Notes under the pieces: generated by a model
The model's database searches: none
Told to the model about the DNA's origin: nothing
Seen by the model: the letters and a program-made list of their open reading frames with translations, nothing else
Translations under genes and position numbers: made by a program
From: Camelus dromedarius
Taxonomy: Eukaryota
Direction of reading: 5' to 3'
Assembly: GCF_036321535.1 (NCBI RefSeq)
Contig: NC_087437.1
Location: 57,104,001-57,168,000 of the forward strand
DNA: 64,000 nucleotides
In this document: positions 1-11,970 of the stretch, in pieces
Position numbering within the stretch: the first letter of the stretch is position 1
Layout of the letters: the number at the start of each line of letters is the position of its first letter

Positions 1-32
1 AGTGACTTCTGTTTTCTGAAAAGGTTTGTAAA

Positions 33-532
33 TGTTGTGGGCACAATGCAGCAAGCAGGTGACAGCCGGTTGGTAGAAGATTTACCAGAGACTGAGAAAA
101 GTTTAGGAAAGTTTAATAGGCATGCTGCTATAGGCAACAGCGGGCCACACAGGGGAACGTGCAGGGTCTTTTATTGGAGGGAGGGGGCTGTGAACACAAG
201 GAGTAGGGGGCTGCATGATCAATTCATGCACAGGTCCCTAAATGGTTGTGAGATGTGTCAGGGACTTCTCTGAACAACAGGTTTTACGACTTTAATAAGG
301 GCAAGATGTGAGACCTGTCGGCCTAGGGTATTGTGAGCCAGGCTATCTTCCGGGGTTGAGTTATGTTAAGGTAAACACACATCAAGAGATGTTTTTTAAA
401 TCCTGCAGAAATGCAGGTGTGCAAAGTGGTCCTGCAGTGGGGAATGGGGGTTAAGGTGTCAGTGGCTCTAGGCACACAGAGAGCCCAGGAGTGGGGGTTT
501 TATGATTCCAGAGAGTGCCAGCCAGCTCCATA
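33..532 (-). mobile_element. Solo LTR, probably ERV2/betaretrovirus-like, inserted in an old L1
   Basis: GC-richer ~500 bp block starting TGTTGTGGG, so the minus strand ends ...GCCCACAACA. The minus strand has an AATAAAA TATA-like box (~170) and an ATTAAA polyA signal (~115). Degenerate 6-bp TSD TGTAAA (27-32) / TATAAT (533-538). Confidence 0.6.
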
Positions 533-539
533 TATAATA

Positions 540-1060
540 CTGGCATTATTTCTTTCCTGAATCTTTAATATAATTTATACTTGAAATTATTTGAGCGTGG
601 AGTTTTATTTGTGTGAAGGTTCTCGATAATGTGATTTTAAAATGTACATATAAAAATATTCACACAGACATTTTTCATTTCATCTAAATTGCTGAATTTG
701 TTGCTGTAACAGTGTTCATATAATCTTCCTGAATTGTTTGCACAATGATATTCATGTTATTTTCCTATTTCCTTTTAATATCTATAGGAACAGTAGCAAA
801 CATTGATGAGTTTTGCTTTTTTTTTCTTGATTAGTCTAGGGGATTGTTAATTTTGTTTATCCTTTCAAAGAATCAGGCTTGGGTTTTGTTAATGTCTTAT
901 TTGTGTTTTCTAGTTTTATTTTATTTCTATTCTTATCTTTTATTATTTCTACCCTTCTACTTACTTTAGTTTTATTTTGGTGTTTTTTTTCCAGCTTCCT
1001 AAAATTGAACCTTGAGTCATTGCTTTTTCATTCGTTTCATACATAACCTTTCTTCCTTTC
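540..1060 (-). mobile_element. Old L1M fragment (antisense)
   Basis: T-rich L1 antisense phrases such as 'ttaattttgtttatcctttcaaagaatcaggctt' and 'tttattatttctacccttctacttactttag'. Confidence 0.6.
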
Positions 1061-1171
1061 TAATATAAGCATTTTATCTTCAGCTTCATTCTATTCATTT
1101 TTTTGAAAACTAAATTCAATGCATTTGGTTATAATTATAGATTCATGTGTAGTTGCCAGAAATAATACAAA

Positions 1172-1630
1172 GACATGGATGAACTTGGAGAGCATAATGC
1201 TAAGTGAAAGAAAGCAGACAGAGAAAGACAAATACTGTCGATGTCACTTATATATGGATTCAAAATAAAGTTAACTCATAGAAAGAGAGTAGAATGGTGG
1301 TTTTCAGGGGTTATTGGTGGGGGAAATGGGAGTTGTTGGTCAAAGGGTACAAATTTTGAGTTACAATGTAAAGAAGCTTTGAGGATTTAATGTACAGCAT
1401 GGTGACTAGAGTTAACAATACTGTATTGTATACTTAAAACTTACTAAGAGCAGATCTTAAATGTTCTCACCATACAAACACAAAAGGTAACTATGTGAGG
1501 TGATGGATATGTTGATTATGCAGATATCCCATAATGTGTGCGTATATCAAATCATGACACTATACACTTTAAATAAGTGCAATTTTATTTATTAATTATA
1601 CCTCAATAAAGCTAAAAAAAAAACCAAAAA
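1172..1630 (+). mobile_element. 5'-truncated L1 (L1MA9-like 3' end) nested in an L1MC 3' end
   Basis: Typical 3' UTR 'acatggatgaacttggagagcataatgctaagtgaa...aattatacctcaataaagct' plus polyA. Degenerate TSD AGAAATAATACAAA (1158-1171) / AGAATTAATATGAA (1631-1644). Confidence 0.85.
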
Positions 1631-4600
1631 AGAATTAATATGAAGATATTCTATGTACCTTCACCCAGGTTTCCTCAGTGGTAACATCTTATAAAACTAT
1701 AGTTAGGTAAAGTATTACAACAATGATATAAACACTGATACCCTCTGATACCCTCAAAATACAGAAATTTCCACTACCTCAGTGACTCTTATGTTGCCCT
1801 TTAATAATCACACCCACTTCCCTCCTGCCTCACCTTTCCCACCCCTTCCTTAAACTCTGACAAATACTAATATATTCCCTATTATATAATTTTGTCATTT
1901 CAAAAGTGTTGTATAAATGTAATCATACAGTATATAACATTTGGGAATTGGCTTTTTACTCAGCATAATTCTCTGGAGATACATCTAAGTTGTTGCATGT
2001 ATCATTAGGTCATTTTACTTCTTTCTTTCTCCCTTTCTCCCTCTTCCCTTGCTTTCTTTTTTCTTTCTCCTGAGAAAAATTCCATAGATTTTTAAAATCC
2101 ATTGGTTTTAATGAGCCAATATTGATGCATACACTAAAGTCCATAGATTACTCAGATTTTCTTAGTTTATACCTAATGACCTTTTCCTGTCCCAGGGATC
2201 CCGTTCTTATCTTGTCTTACAACTAGTCATCATGTCTCCTCTGATTCCTCTTGGCTGTGACAGTTTCTTGAACTTTCCTTGTTTTTGATGACCTTGATAG
2301 CTTTGAGGAGTACCTGTCAGATATTTTGAAGAATGCCTGTCAATGGTATTTGTCTGATATGTTTGTCATGATTAGACTGGAGTTATGGGTTTTTGAGAGG
2401 AAGACCACAGACTTAAAAAAAAGTGGCATAGACTATCATGCTCACCACAGAATATCATAGGTATACTGACAACCTGATTTGTCACTTTTGATGTTGATCT
2501 TGATCATTGTCTAAACCAGTGAATATCTGGTTAATGCATTTTAAAGTCATTGTTTTTTTCCTCCTTTTTATATAGTCCTTTGGAATGAATTCACCATGTG
2601 CAACAAACACACACATAAAGAGAGTGGGGGTTATAGTTCATCTACTACAGAATGGAGTTTTTACATAAATTGTTTAGAATTCTTCTGCACAGATGATTGA
2701 TCTGTTTTCTGCCATTTGTATGCATGCATATGTATATGTATGTCAGTATGGACTCATGGATACTTATTTCATAATTTTGGTTATAAACCAGTACTACTTT
2801 ATTTTGTCGTTCAAGTTGTTTCAGTATTGGTTATTAGAAGATCTTTCAGTTGGCCCCTGTATCTGTTTGTCATAGTGCCACAGTGTTTTTTTTTTAAGGG
2901 CTTATTTTCTGAACTGCAAGAGCTCCAAACTCAGCTTATGTATTTTCTTCCCCAGTCCTAGAAGCAGCAAGGAGGCCTAGTTTCTTTCATTGGAAAATGC
3001 ATTAGAAATGATACCAGAAACCATGATCTAGGTGCTAGGTGTTCACATTGCTACTGGGATGTCATGATTCTAGGTCCTCTCAACTAGCAGAGCAAGATGT
3101 ATACTAGCCTATGTATATCCATTTAGGTATAAAAGTTACTATCTGTAGCCATCTGTTTCTATATTTAGCTAAGTATGTGTTCATATTGATGCCTCATCTC
3201 TAACCGATTACTAGAAGGCTTCATACTCTTGTTTATCTGTAACCTCCCACATGTTCCAACAGTGAGATATCTGGCTCCCACCATCCACATTAAAATTAAC
3301 TGTTCAATTTCATTGTACATGCAGATAGGTTTAGAATTGTTAACTCGTACCATTATGGGAGAAAACTTTATAAACTAAAGTATAGTGCTTGTAGATTCCA
3401 CTTGTTTTCAAAGCAGAATCTTTCCCCATTCTCTTCAGTGAGGCTATTTCATGAATTTAAATGCAGGTATATTTTTTAATAATAGTCTTCACTTTATCCT
3501 GGGTTCCCCAAACTTTTAAATGACTCTTAAGATTGCATATATTAAGGTTCATGTGTTGTATTATTAAGTTCTATGGATTTTGACAAATGTATACTGTTAT
3601 GTAAACATCATTATAGAATCATACAGAATAGTTTCATCACCTTAAAAAAATTCCCTGTGCTTCGCTTTTCAGCTCTTCATTGCCCCTTGAATCCCTAGCA
3701 ACCACTCATTTCTTTACTATCTTAGTTTTGCTTTTGCCAGAATGTCCTATAGTTGAGACCATATGTTACATTGCCTTTCCAGATTGATTTCCTTTACTAA
3801 GCAATATGCATTTAAGAGTGAGCTATATTCTTGCATGGCTTAATAGATCATTCCTTTTGATCACTGAATAATATTCCATCTGTAGATACACTACAGCTTG
3901 TTTATTTACTTTTTCAAGAGAATCTTGATTGCCTCCAGCTTTTGGCAATTATGAGTAAAGCTGCTACAAATATTTTGTGCGGACATGTCTTTTCCAATCT
4001 GTTGGGTAAATACCTAGACTATGTTTAGCTTTGTAAGAAACTTCTGTCAGGGACGGGGATTTCCCCCTTCCCTTCTAGGTTCTTCTGGCTGATCTAATAA
4101 TTAAACTGATACAAGACAGACAAACAGAAGAAGAAAACAAATTTTAATTTCAGAATTATGTAAGTCTTATAGATAATGAGTGCTAAGAAGTGACCAAAGC
4201 AGGCTGCTTTTATACTTTTTAGGCAAAGAAATAATACGTTTGTCAGAACTGATGAAACAAAGAAACTTGGGCTTGAGTACTAATTAGTGGAAAATCTAAG
4301 CAGAATTTGTTTATACAGCGTTCTTGACTTGGAATTCCCTACCTCCGGTCTTAAGGATGTCTCTGCTTCTTAATGCAGGGAGGGTGCCTTTCACATGGGA
4401 GATTTATTTCCTGCTTTCAGAGGGGAGTCAGAGTGTTCTTCTTGCACCAGCTATTTCTCAAGTAACTTTAATTCGAAACAATCACTGTGTCACTTTGGGA
4501 GCCCTATCACTTCCAAACTGTCATTTTTTTCCAAAGTGTCTGTGTGATTTTGCATCGCCATTTTAATACATATTTCCTTAACGACAAGTGATGTTGAACA

Positions 4601-4870
4601 TCTTTTCATAGACTTAATTTCCATCTGCATGTTTTGCCCATTTTTCAGTTGGGTTGTTTCTTTTTTTAATTGTTGAATTTTAAGGGTTCTTTGTATATTT
4701 TGGACAAAAGTCCTTAATCAAATGTGTATTTTGCATATATTTTCTTCCAGTCTGTGGCTTGTATTTTCAGTCTCTTAACAGTGTCTTTAACAGAGCAGAG
4801 GTTTTTAATTTTAATAAGTCCAATCTTTTATTTTTTTAATTATAATTTTTTAAATTATTTTTTTCTTTCA
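1631..4870 (-). mobile_element. Old L1MC-type 3' UTR/ORF2 fragments, interrupted by the LTR at 4045-4509
   Basis: Antisense L1 3' phrases: 'cccaggtttcctcagtggtaacatctt', 'ctgtgacagtttcttgaactttccttgtttttgatgaccttg', 'atgttgaacatcttttcata'. Confidence 0.7.
4045..4509 (-). mobile_element. Solo ERV1 LTR (MER34/MER39-related laurasiatherian type)
   Basis: TG...CA termini with a perfect 4-bp TSD CTTC (4041-4044 / 4510-4513) that splits an L1 phrase. Its U5 end resembles the LTR at 45253-45810. Confidence 0.9.
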
Positions 4871-4889
4871 TGGATCATGGTTTTTGTTT

Positions 4890-6000
4890 ATTATTGGTAC
4901 ATGAGGGCTTAAATCTACCATTGTATTTTTTGTTTTCTATTTGCTCTCTGTTTTTTCATGTTTCTCTTTTCTTTTTCTGCCTTCCTGTGGATTACTTGAA
5001 CAACTTTTTGAATTGTTTTGATTTATCTATAGCGATTTTCAGCATATCTCTGTAGTATACATATATTTATATTTGTTAATTGTTATAAAAATTATACAAT
5101 GAAATTTACTGTTTCAACCATTTTTAATTATACAGTTCAGTGGTAGTAATAATATTTACTTTGTTAAAAGTGCAATTATCAACATCATACATCTTCAGAA
5201 AATTTTCCTCTTTCCAACATTTAATTTAGTACCCATTGAATAGTAAGCCCCCTTCTCCCCTTTCCCCCAGCCCCTGGAAATGATGATTCTATTTTCTATG
5301 AATTTGGCTACTCTAAGAAGCATATCTCTTTGCATAGCTCTCTTAGTGTTTCATTTTTTAGGTATTATATTATGTTATATACATAACTTATCACAATCTA
5401 CTGGTGTTGACATTTCACAAGTTCAAGTGAAATGCAAAACCTGTATTTCCTCTTTACCCTCATTATTTATAATTATCTTAGATATTTTCCCCATGTATAT
5501 TGAACCACATAAACAATGTTATAAATTTTGATTCATCAATAAACACAGTTTAGAAACTCAAGACTAAAATAAAAACCTTTTATCTAAATGTATTTTACCC
5601 TTTCCATTGTTTCTTCCCTTTCTGATGTTCAAGATGGCTTATTTCTCCTTTTATCATTTCAATTTTTTGATAGGTTGTGTTTTCTAATGTTCCTTGTGAT
5701 TTCTGTTTTGACCCATGATTTATTCATAAGTGCATGATTTAGTTTTCAGATACTTGGTGTTCAAAAGATATTTTATTGTTAGTGATTTCTAATTTCGTTT
5801 CAAGTTTAATTTCTCTTACTAACCATCTTAACTATAGTTATTTGTTTTTGGTCTTAAAATTCCACTATCCAAGATCCTTTTCAGGTCTAATTTTCTTTAT
5901 TTTTAATTGAATCTCCATCATGGTAGCCTGTTTTCCATGTGTAGTTCGTGTTTTTAGGCTGCAGTTTGCTCATTTTTGAAATTTTTTTTATAAGCTTCCA
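4890..6000 (-). mobile_element. Old L1 fragments, including an L1MB-like 3' end at ~5070-5320
   Basis: 'aaatttactgtttcaaccatttttaattatacagttcagtgg...cccagcccctggaaa' and surrounding L1M antisense sequence. Confidence 0.55.
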
Positions 6001-6260
6001 TAGTCTTACATGTTTCCACTTTTTGTCTATCTCACTAGGTTCTATTTTTTTTAAACCCGTATGAGATCTTCCCTTTCTATGAATATTTTATTTTTTTACA
6101 TTTTTTGAATATTTTAAATGTTACAGCACCTGTGTCCTTTTCTTTATAATCAATTTTTTTCTATCTTAAATAAGCACCTTTACTTCTATGACTTTGTGCT
6201 GATATCTTCCAAATTTTCATCTCCTTTTCTGAGCTCCAGACTCTTCAGCTGACTACTAGC

Positions 6261-6296
6261 TACACACACACGCGCGCGCGCATGCACACACACACA
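6261..6296. repeat. (CA)n(CG)5CATG(CA)n alternating purine-pyrimidine microsatellite
   Basis: tacacacacacgcgcgcgcgcatgcacacacacaca, read directly. Confidence 0.95.
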
Positions 6297-6473
6297 GACA
6301 CAAATGCAGATGCATCAGGCTGTCTCCCTTTGTACATGAAATTACTATCACCATCACATTTTAGCTACAGACAAAAATGTAGGCATCTTCTTGATTTCTC
6401 TTTTGTCTTATCTTCCATATAAATCCAGAAAATTTTCTGGGTATCTCTGCCAACCTGAATTTTTCCGGTTCAG

Positions 6474-7047
6474 TTTTTTTTTTTAATTGGAGTACTGTCA
6501 GTTACAATGGGTCAATTTCTTGTGTACAGCATAATGTACCAGTCATGCATATACATACATATATTTGTTTTCATATTCTTTTTCATTAAAGGTTATTACA
6601 AGATATTAAATATAGTTCCCTGTGCTATACAGCAAAAACTTTTTAAAAAATCTGTTTTTATATATTGTGGCTAACATTTGTTAATCTCAAACTCCCAAAT
6701 TTATCCCTTCCCACCCCCTTTCCCCAGTAACCGTAAGATTGTTTACAATGTCTGTGAGTCTCTTTCTGTTTTGTAGATGAGTTCATAGTGTCCTTTTTTC
6801 TTTCCTTTCTTTCTTCTTCTCCTTCTCTTTCTCCTCCTCCTCCTCCTCCTCCTTCTTCTTCTTCTTCTTCTTCTCCTTCTCCTTCCCCTTCCCCTTCTCC
6901 CTCTTCCTCTTCCTCTTCTTCTTTTCTTCTTCTTCTTCTTCCTCTTCCTCTTCCCCTTCCCCTCCTCCTCCTCCTCCTCCTTCTTCTTTTTTTTCAAATT
7001 CCACGTATGAGTGTTATCATATGGTATTTTTCTTTCTCTTTCTGGCA
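6474..7047 (-). mobile_element. Lineage-specific (camelid/cetartiodactyl-type) L1 3' end, inserted within an L2 relic
   Basis: PolyT followed by 'atatagttccctgtgctatacag...ctcccaaatttatcccttccc...tgtctgtgagtctctttctgttttgtagatgagttca'. Homologous to the copies at 33978, 35770 and 49149. Confidence 0.9.
6791..6994. repeat. Compound (CTT/CCT/CTTCTC)n homopyrimidine microsatellite, ~200 bp
   Basis: Pure C/T tract, read directly. It is the source of the R/E/K-rich and S/P/L-rich spurious ORFs. Confidence 0.95.
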
Positions 7048-7384
7048 AGTTCTATTTATTTCTTACATTTATTAACCTTAGCCCACAGCCAGGGTTCTCT
7101 CACATCTAATCAAGTAGAATCACTTACTAAATGGTCTTCTTGCTTCTACTTTTGCACCTCCACAGAAAAGCAAAAGAGGGATCTTTTAAAAAACATTAAT
7201 AGTATCATGCTTACTAGCCTTCAGCAGCAACCCATTAAACTTAAATTTAATTGCAGATTACTTATCACTGTCTTCAGGACACAACAGTCCCTCCTTACAT
7301 CTTCATACTCATATCATTTTCTATTCCTATTTCTATTTTCAGATTTTCACTATCAACTATGATATTATCTGTGTCTTGTAATAT

Positions 7385-7798
7385 ATAACCTTTATTATGT
7401 TATGTATATTCCATACCTAATTTGTTGAGAGCTTTTATCATGAAATGAGGTTGATTTTGTCAGTGCTTTTTCTGCATCTATTGAGATGATAATATGATTT
7501 TTATCTTTCATTATGTTAATGCGTTGTTCCCATTTATTGATTTGCATATGTTGAGCCATCCTTGCATCCCAGGGATAAATCTCACTGAATCATGGTGTAT
7601 GATTTTCTTTTAATGTGCTATTTAATTTGGTTTGCTAGTATTTTATTGAGGATTTTTGCATCTATATTCATTAGGGATATTGAACTGTAATTTTTTTTTC
7701 TCTTTTGTTGTTTCTTGTAGTGTCCTTATCTGACTTTGGTATCTGCATAATGTTGGCCTCATAAAATGAATTTGAAAGTGTTCCTGCCTCTTTTATTT
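7385..7798 (-). mobile_element. L1 ORF2 (RT domain) fragment, antisense
   Basis: The minus strand reads L1 RT motifs (GTLx[45 protein letters not shown]). Confidence 0.9.
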
Positions 7799-8130
7799 AG
7801 CAATCTTGTGAAAGAAGAACAAAGCTTGAGGCATCATACTTCCTAATTTCAAATTGTATTACAAAGCTATAGTAATCAAAGCAGTATGGCACTAGCATAC
7901 CAATAGATATACAGACCAAAGGAACAGAATAGAGAGCCCTAAAATAAACCTACCCATATACTGTCAACTAATCTTTGAAAAGGGCACCAAGAATACACAA
8001 TGGAGAAAAGACAATCTGTTCAATAAATGGTGTTGGGAAAACTAGATATCCACATGCAGAGCTAAAGTCTTATTTTACACCATACAAAATTTTACACCAT
8101 AAAAAATTAATTAATTAAATACTTAAATGT
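7799..8130 (+). mobile_element. L1 ORF2 fragment (post-RT), sense
   Basis: Encodes decayed AIL*KKNKA*GIILPNFKLYYKAIVIKAVWH...NRIESP...QLIFEKG...LFNKWCWEN. Confidence 0.9.
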
Positions 8131-8169
8131 ATGTAAGTGTCCATTATGTGCTCTATTCAATTTTATTTT

Positions 8170-8241
8170 ATTTTATTATTTTTTTAATGAAGGTATTGGG
8201 GATTGAACTCAGGACCACTGAGCTATACCCACCCCCCCACC
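8170..8241 (-). mobile_element. tRNA-derived SINE (Vic-1-like, camelid), internally deleted
   Basis: Minus strand GGGGTGGGTATAGCTCAGTGGT-CCTGAGTTCAATCCCCAATACC plus an A-rich tail, with A-box and B-box present. TSD CAATTTTATTTT at 8158-8169 / 8242-8253. Confidence 0.85.
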
Positions 8242-11004
8242 CAATTTTATTTTTGAAGTGAATAAAAACATTTTGGAAATTGTCCTGGCCTAGGATCTTA
8301 TACTGATAATTTTAAAAAGCAATTCTGTAAAAGCTAGGACAGAAAATCACCATGTATAACTTTATTTGCTCATTACACATGGCATAAGACCATGTGTAAA
8401 TTAGAATTAAGGAAGTAAATTATAATTAAGGAAGTTAGTTAACTCTTCTTGAAATTTCTTAGAATGTATCTAGATCTAACTTATTTGTTTTCTTGGAACA
8501 TGATTTCTGAAGTAGAAACAATAATTATATATGCTTGATGAAAACTTCTATAAGCTAAGATTGAAGATGCCCACCATGATATAGTCATATCAAAGGAGAC
8601 TCAGTTCTGTCTCAATAAGATAGTCATATACATTATACTCAGTTGAAACATAACACAATTAGCCAAATTTTATCACCTTTTTTTGGAGACTGTTTAAGTT
8701 CTCCTTGTTCTCACTAGGGTTTTTATTGCATTCTCCTTTTTAGTAACCACTTACAGCACTGTAGCCTGCTGTTCCTCTCACATTATTCCGCTAGTCCATC
8801 TCATGTAAGAACAGACAAGGTAAGTTTAGTCTTCATTCACTCCACAAGTAAAAATGGATGAGGATGAGAAAGGTGAAGTGATTTACCAAAGGTCATGCAA
8901 GGAATCACTAGCTGAAGAAGTATTCCTACAGTTACATCACACAGTTTCTAGCCCTAATGGTTTAAACTGCTGCATTCTTCTGGAAGAGATTTATGAAGAC
9001 ATCTTTCTCCCAATAGCAAGAGCTGGGAAACTTACTGAATGTCAAGGTCCTATATCTATCTAAAAGATTAAAGATTAAGTTAGGGGAAAAAACACTGTGG
9101 CCTGAACAGAATAGTTGTAGACTGACTTTTTCCTATGATTTTATCTGACATATCTGGATCTTTTATATCCCTATTTTGCGGTAATGCATCTCAAATGTCA
9201 GTATGATGTAATCAAAGTGCTAGGCTGGCTTTCCTTAGCTTTGAACCTCCTTGCTTTATCAGAGGATGAATAACAACTTCCAGCATAGTGAAAGACAGGC
9301 AATTTGATTACAGGAATAAAAACATCCCTTTTGAAAATGTAGAAAACTATTAACAACTTAAAAATATATAAAAGAAATATCAGAATGTACGTGAAATAGT
9401 TAAGCTATGAGGGGTTGGCTACTGAATTAAAATGTGTCAGCTTTTGACATTTTGGAAGAAAGGTGAAGGCAGCATCCAAAATGTTTTTCTTAGTTATGAA
9501 TAAAAGCATCAGGATATGTGGCAATCGTGATCAAAAGAATTCAGACAAATTGAAGTGAGGTGTGATGTGGATTACATCAGCTCAGCAGGACAAGTGTCAG
9601 ATTTATTGAACTCATCAAGGACATTGTGTGAGACATCACCTTCTGTGCAGAGAGAGCCAGGCAAACTGTTCCGTCTCTAAAAACAAACAAATGGGAAATC
9701 GTAGTAAATATTTCAATTTTTGAAAGTTTTATTTTGGAACAGTATGTATTAATTACTTAACATGGTATTTTCCCTTTCAATAAAGATTGCTATATTTAAA
9801 AGGAACATTAATGGTAACCTCCAGCGTTACTTCCTTGAGAAATGAAACATAGACTTATTTTGCAATTTCTTTCTTTTTGTTTCTTCTTCCTGGTTAGTAC
9901 TTACTTCTTAAAGCACAAATAATTAAAATTGATAATTCAAAATAATCAGATATTTGTAAACCATATGGGGGAATTTGTAATTAGATCTGATCAACAAGAG
10001 AGTTTAGGGGGACTGAGGAAGCATTTAATATGCTATATTTTCTTGAAATTATGTTAAATATCTTCTGAGGCTTCCATGCTGGAGAGGGCCTTGTTGACAC
10101 AGAGCCCAGATTAGCAGACCACTCATGGTTCACCTTCACTGTAGGTACTTGATTTTGCTGGTGGTTAGATTGATAGATAAGTATGAAGAGAAGTTAAAAA
10201 TTAAAAAAGTGTTTTCTCAATCATCCTTAATCTAATCAAAGTAAAGAGATATACAAAGGGTCTTATGTCTCCTCCTTCAACTCCTATCAGTATATAGACT
10301 TTTTTCATGCAATATTCAGAGGTTGTATCTGCACACTTTTACATTGTGTTTTTATGCAAAATTAAGCTAAATTTCAAAAACATTCAGTGAACTATAGGTG
10401 AGTATGATATTTTGGTTAGATTATATGGCACCAAATCTTGCAAACCTTACTCTTTTTGACCCTTTTAGAAAGCATATATGAATGCAAGTGAATGAGTCTG
10501 ATATTATCTAAAGAAATGATCTTGAATCATCTCTAATTATAAAATATGAAAGTAATTTACATATTTTGATACTTTAAATATTCATTTTAACAAACTACAT
10601 CAAATAGACATCATATTGTGTTGTAGTTGCCTGGGTTCACTCAAATATTTCAAAGTTTCAGGTCATGAAAATGTATCTTTGTTTCTTAGAAAGATTGTGA
10701 AACGAGTATGAAAAAATCAATCTCGCTGGGTGGAGGAAAAGAGGATGCAATTCTGAGTTTTAAAAATTAAAATTAAATTTCTTTCTTGAAATTATTAATA
10801 TCCTGGATATTAGAGAAAACTACTTGATCTGAGATTCTGAAATAAGTGACCATGTGTTCTTCCATGATATTTTGGAAAAAGTCCACCAAAGACTTCCTCG
10901 GGTAACTTTTGTATTTTGCATCGGTGAGTATTGAATCTCACTAAAGTGATGTAAGATTACGACTGTTAATTAGAAATTCTTGGTTTATGCTTTTGATTTT
11001 CTTG

Positions 11005-11282
11005 TTTCCAGCTTTATTGTGGTATACTTAATAAACAAAAATTGCTCATATTTGATGTATACATTTTGATGAGTTTGAACATGCTTCATGTACCCATGAT
11101 AGCATCACCACAATCAAGGTAATAGCATACCTATCACATCCAAAAGATTTGGTTTTTGACTCTCTTTATTTTTGTGGTAAGAGAGCTTACCATGAGATCT
11201 ATTCCTTTAACAAATTTTTAAGTGTACAGCACTATGATGTTAATTATAGGCATTATGTTATACAGCAGATCTCTAGAACTTG
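11005..11282 (-). mobile_element. L1MA-type 3' end
   Basis: 'ccagctttattgtggtatac...catcaccacaatcaaggtaatag...tacagcagatctctagaactt'. Confidence 0.8.
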
Positions 11283-11479
11283 GTTGTATTCCTTGACCTT
11301 GACTCATATGTCCATTTGATGAAAACCTACTGAAACTTGAGGTTCATTTCAATTTTTTCATGAATACCCTATTTCCACTTTCACGTGTGTTCTTCTTGCA
11401 CCTCGGAATTCTCACAGCCTCCTGTCCTAGGGCAACTTAGCGCACTCTTCCTTTTAGTCTACACTATATAATACATATT

Positions 11480-11970
11480 ATATAATAAAGGCCTTAAGGT
11501 CTTGCGCTAGTTGTTCACTCATCCTGGAATATTTTCTCCAGTACTTTCCTGTTGACTCTTTCTTGAAAGTCAACCAAGTCTTAAATTCTGCTATGGCAAA
11601 GAAATCTTGTCTGACCATTCAAGGTAAAGGAACCTCCCAGTCACTGGCTATTCTGTCATCATGCTTTACTTCCTAGCACTATTTACTGTACGTCTCCCTC
11701 ATTAAAATGTACACTACCTGTCTGCTAACACCTTGCCTACATTATTCACTACTGTAGTCACAGCACTTCAGAATGGTGACTGGAGACAACAGATACTCAA
11801 TAAATATGTAATGACTGAATTAATCCTTTTGTCTGTAAGAATTTCTCCATTTTGTTGGACAGTGCATTAACTTGAGGATACAGTTGCCTCCGTTTCATCT
11901 TTTTATCGTCTATGATATCTCACACATGGTCTTGCACAGCAGAAATACTCAGTAGATTTTTTACTAATAG
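11480..11970 (+). mobile_element. L2 3' end relics
   Basis: 'cctggaatattttctcc...ttcactactgtagtcacagcac...atactcaataaatatgtaatgactgaat'. Confidence 0.65.

Noticed and set aside
6743..7075. Arg/Lys/Glu-rich and Ser/Pro/Leu-rich ORFs that look protamine-like
   Set aside because: They are translations of a CT microsatellite inside an L1 3' UTR.
8190..8232. tRNA gene
   Set aside because: The A and B boxes belong to a SINE with an A-rich tail and TSD. The anticodon arm is missing and no cloverleaf can form.
10291..10397. Splice-site pair (strong acceptor and AG|GTGAGT donor), plus a second donor at ~10924
   Set aside because: All three frames of 10291-10397 contain stops and the sequence is very AT-rich. 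It is indistinguishable from common pseudo-exons without RNA data.
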